In this document: positions 30,173 through 31,309 of the stretch, in pieces | How positions within the stretch are numbered: position 1 is the stretch's first letter | How the letters are laid out: every line of letters begins with the position of its first letter | IMG/VR virus record: IMGVR_UViG_2534681697_000027 | Coordinates: 1 to 31,309 of that record | From: a virus | Taxonomy: Duplodnaviria > Heunggongvirae > Uroviricota > Caudoviricetes | Strand: one strand, 5' to 3' | DNA: 31,309 nt | Made by a program: the position numbers and the translations under genes | Notes under the pieces: model-generated | Database searches by the model: none | Told to the model about the DNA's origin: nothing | The model's input: the letters and a program-made list of their open reading frames with translations, nothing else

Positions 30173-31309
30173 TCAGTCCGCCCACCACTGCATCATTTCT
30201 CTGCGCTTATCGAGATACTGCGCATGGTTGTAAATCCCGCGCACAGATCCGCCGTTGGCATGTGCCAGTTGCACTTCAATAGCGTCAGCAGGCCATTCGT
30301 GCTCGTTCATAATCGTGCTGAATTCATGCCTGAATCCGTGACCGCTTTCCAGACCCTCATAGCCGATTTGTTTGATCACAAGCAATACCGCGTTCTCGCA
30401 GATTGGCTTCTTCTTATCGTTGCGCCCGGCAAAAACAAACTCTGATACTGGTTTGGTGATGGAGCTTAGCGTAGTGAGAAGTTCAACCACCTGGTCTGAC
30501 ATCGGGACCACATGAATTTTGCGTCCCTTCATCACACTGGCGTCGATGGTGATAATCCTGTTTTCAAAATCGACGTTCTTCCATAGCATGGAACGAAGCT
30601 CTTTCGTTCTTAGGGCTGTGTAGCGTAAAACTTTGGTCGCAATGAGCGATACGATACTTCCTGAAAATGTTGCCAGTGCTTTGTTGAATGCCGGGAGCTG
30701 GTCTGCAGGAAGAAACGGGAAGTTCTTCTTGCGGTATCCCTTCATGGCGTCAGCAAGATCAGGTGCCGGGTTATATTTAGCCCTTCCGATGACAATAGCG
30801 TAACGGAAAACCTCGCCGCATCTTCTACGTGCTTTGTTGGCTCGCTCCATTGCACCGCGATCTTCAAATCTGCGGATTACTTCCAGCAGTTGCATCGGCT
30901 CAATATCCTGAATTTCAAGGCCGCCGATGATGGGTAAAATGTCGTCATCAAACATTTTTGCAAGTTCAGTCGCATACCCTACTGACCAGACTTGCTTCTT
31001 GTGTTCGTACCATTCCTTGTAAATTGCACTAAAGGAATTGTTGTTAGACGAAGCCTTTTTCGCCTTTACCGGATCGATGCCAACCGAGATGTCTTTCCTC
31101 GCAGTCCATGCTTTATCCCTTGCCTCCTGCAAAGTCATAAGCGGATATTTTCCGACAGTCAGGATTTTCTCCTTACCGTCAATCTTGTAGCGAAGCTGCC
31201 ATACCTTTTTCCCTGACACAGGGACATAAAGGTACAGGCCATTACCATCGAGTAGGCGGTATGGTTTTTCTTTCGGCTTTGCTGCTTCAATCTGCTTAAC
31301 GGTGAGCAT
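30173..31309 (-). CDS. int: P4-type tyrosine integrase, 378 aa; start codon is the last three bases of the window
   Basis: N-terminus MLTVKQIEAAKPKEKPYRLLDGNGLYLYVPVSGKKVWQLRYKIDGKEK typical of P4-family integrases; C-terminal HGFRH...RGIYNHAQY catalytic region. Confidence 0.85.
   Translation of the reverse strand: MLTVKQIEAAKPKEKPYRLLDGNGLYLYVPVSGKKVWQLRYKIDGKEKILTVGKYPLMTLQEARDKAWTARKDISVGIDPVKAKKASSNNNSFSAIYKEWYEHKKQVWSVGYATELAKMFDDDILPIIGGLEIQDIEPMQLLEVIRRFEDRGAMERANKARRRCGEVFRYAIVIGRAKYNPAPDLADAMKGYRKKNFPFLPADQLPAFNKALATFSGSIVSLIATKVLRYTALRTKELRSMLWKNVDFENRIITIDASVMKGRKIHVVPMSDQVVELLTTLSSITKPVSEFVFAGRNDKKKPICENAVLLVIKQIGYEGLESGHGFRHEFSTIMNEHEWPADAIEVQLAHANGGSVRGIYNHAQYLDKRREMMQWWAD

Overview
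Enterobacterial (Escherichia/Shigella-type) chromosomal window holding the late-gene half of a defective lambdoid prophage, read almost entirely on the minus strand and heavily colonised by insertion sequences. From right to left: a P4-type tyrosine integrase whose start codon sits at the window edge, an AT-rich spacer, an AT-rich acyltransferase-3 (O-antigen acetylase-like) gene, a hok-family toxin gene, nin-region genes (YbcN-like, YbcO-like), a Q-like antiterminator followed by a textbook late promoter and terminator, an ORF6N-like gene, four phage tRNAs packed 1-3 nt apart, a phage-21-type lysis cassette (S, SAR endolysin R, Rz with embedded Rz1), a TrkG-type K+ transporter moron, small and large terminase, portal, head morphogenesis, scaffold, major capsid, head-tail and tail genes, and a truncated tape measure. 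Mobile elements: complete IS2; a 3' fragment of an IS3-family (IS911-like) element; two ~916-bp IS5-family copies in inverted orientation; two 1457-bp IS110-family copies in direct orientation. No early region (immunity, replication, recombination) is visible between the nin genes and int, and the distal tail genes are missing, so the element looks non-inducible. Observations worth a second look: in-frame TAG codons in two structural genes, an IS110 insertion inside the scaffold ATG that leaves a GTG start, an IS110 copy 7 bp upstream of the holin, a probable programmed -1 frameshift in the tail chaperone, and the cargo-less gap between the tRNAs and the lysis genes. No CRISPR array, rRNA or recognisable multi-gene defence system was found. 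All calls are from reading the sequence and recalled protein families; no database search was run, and IS boundaries are accurate to a few bp.
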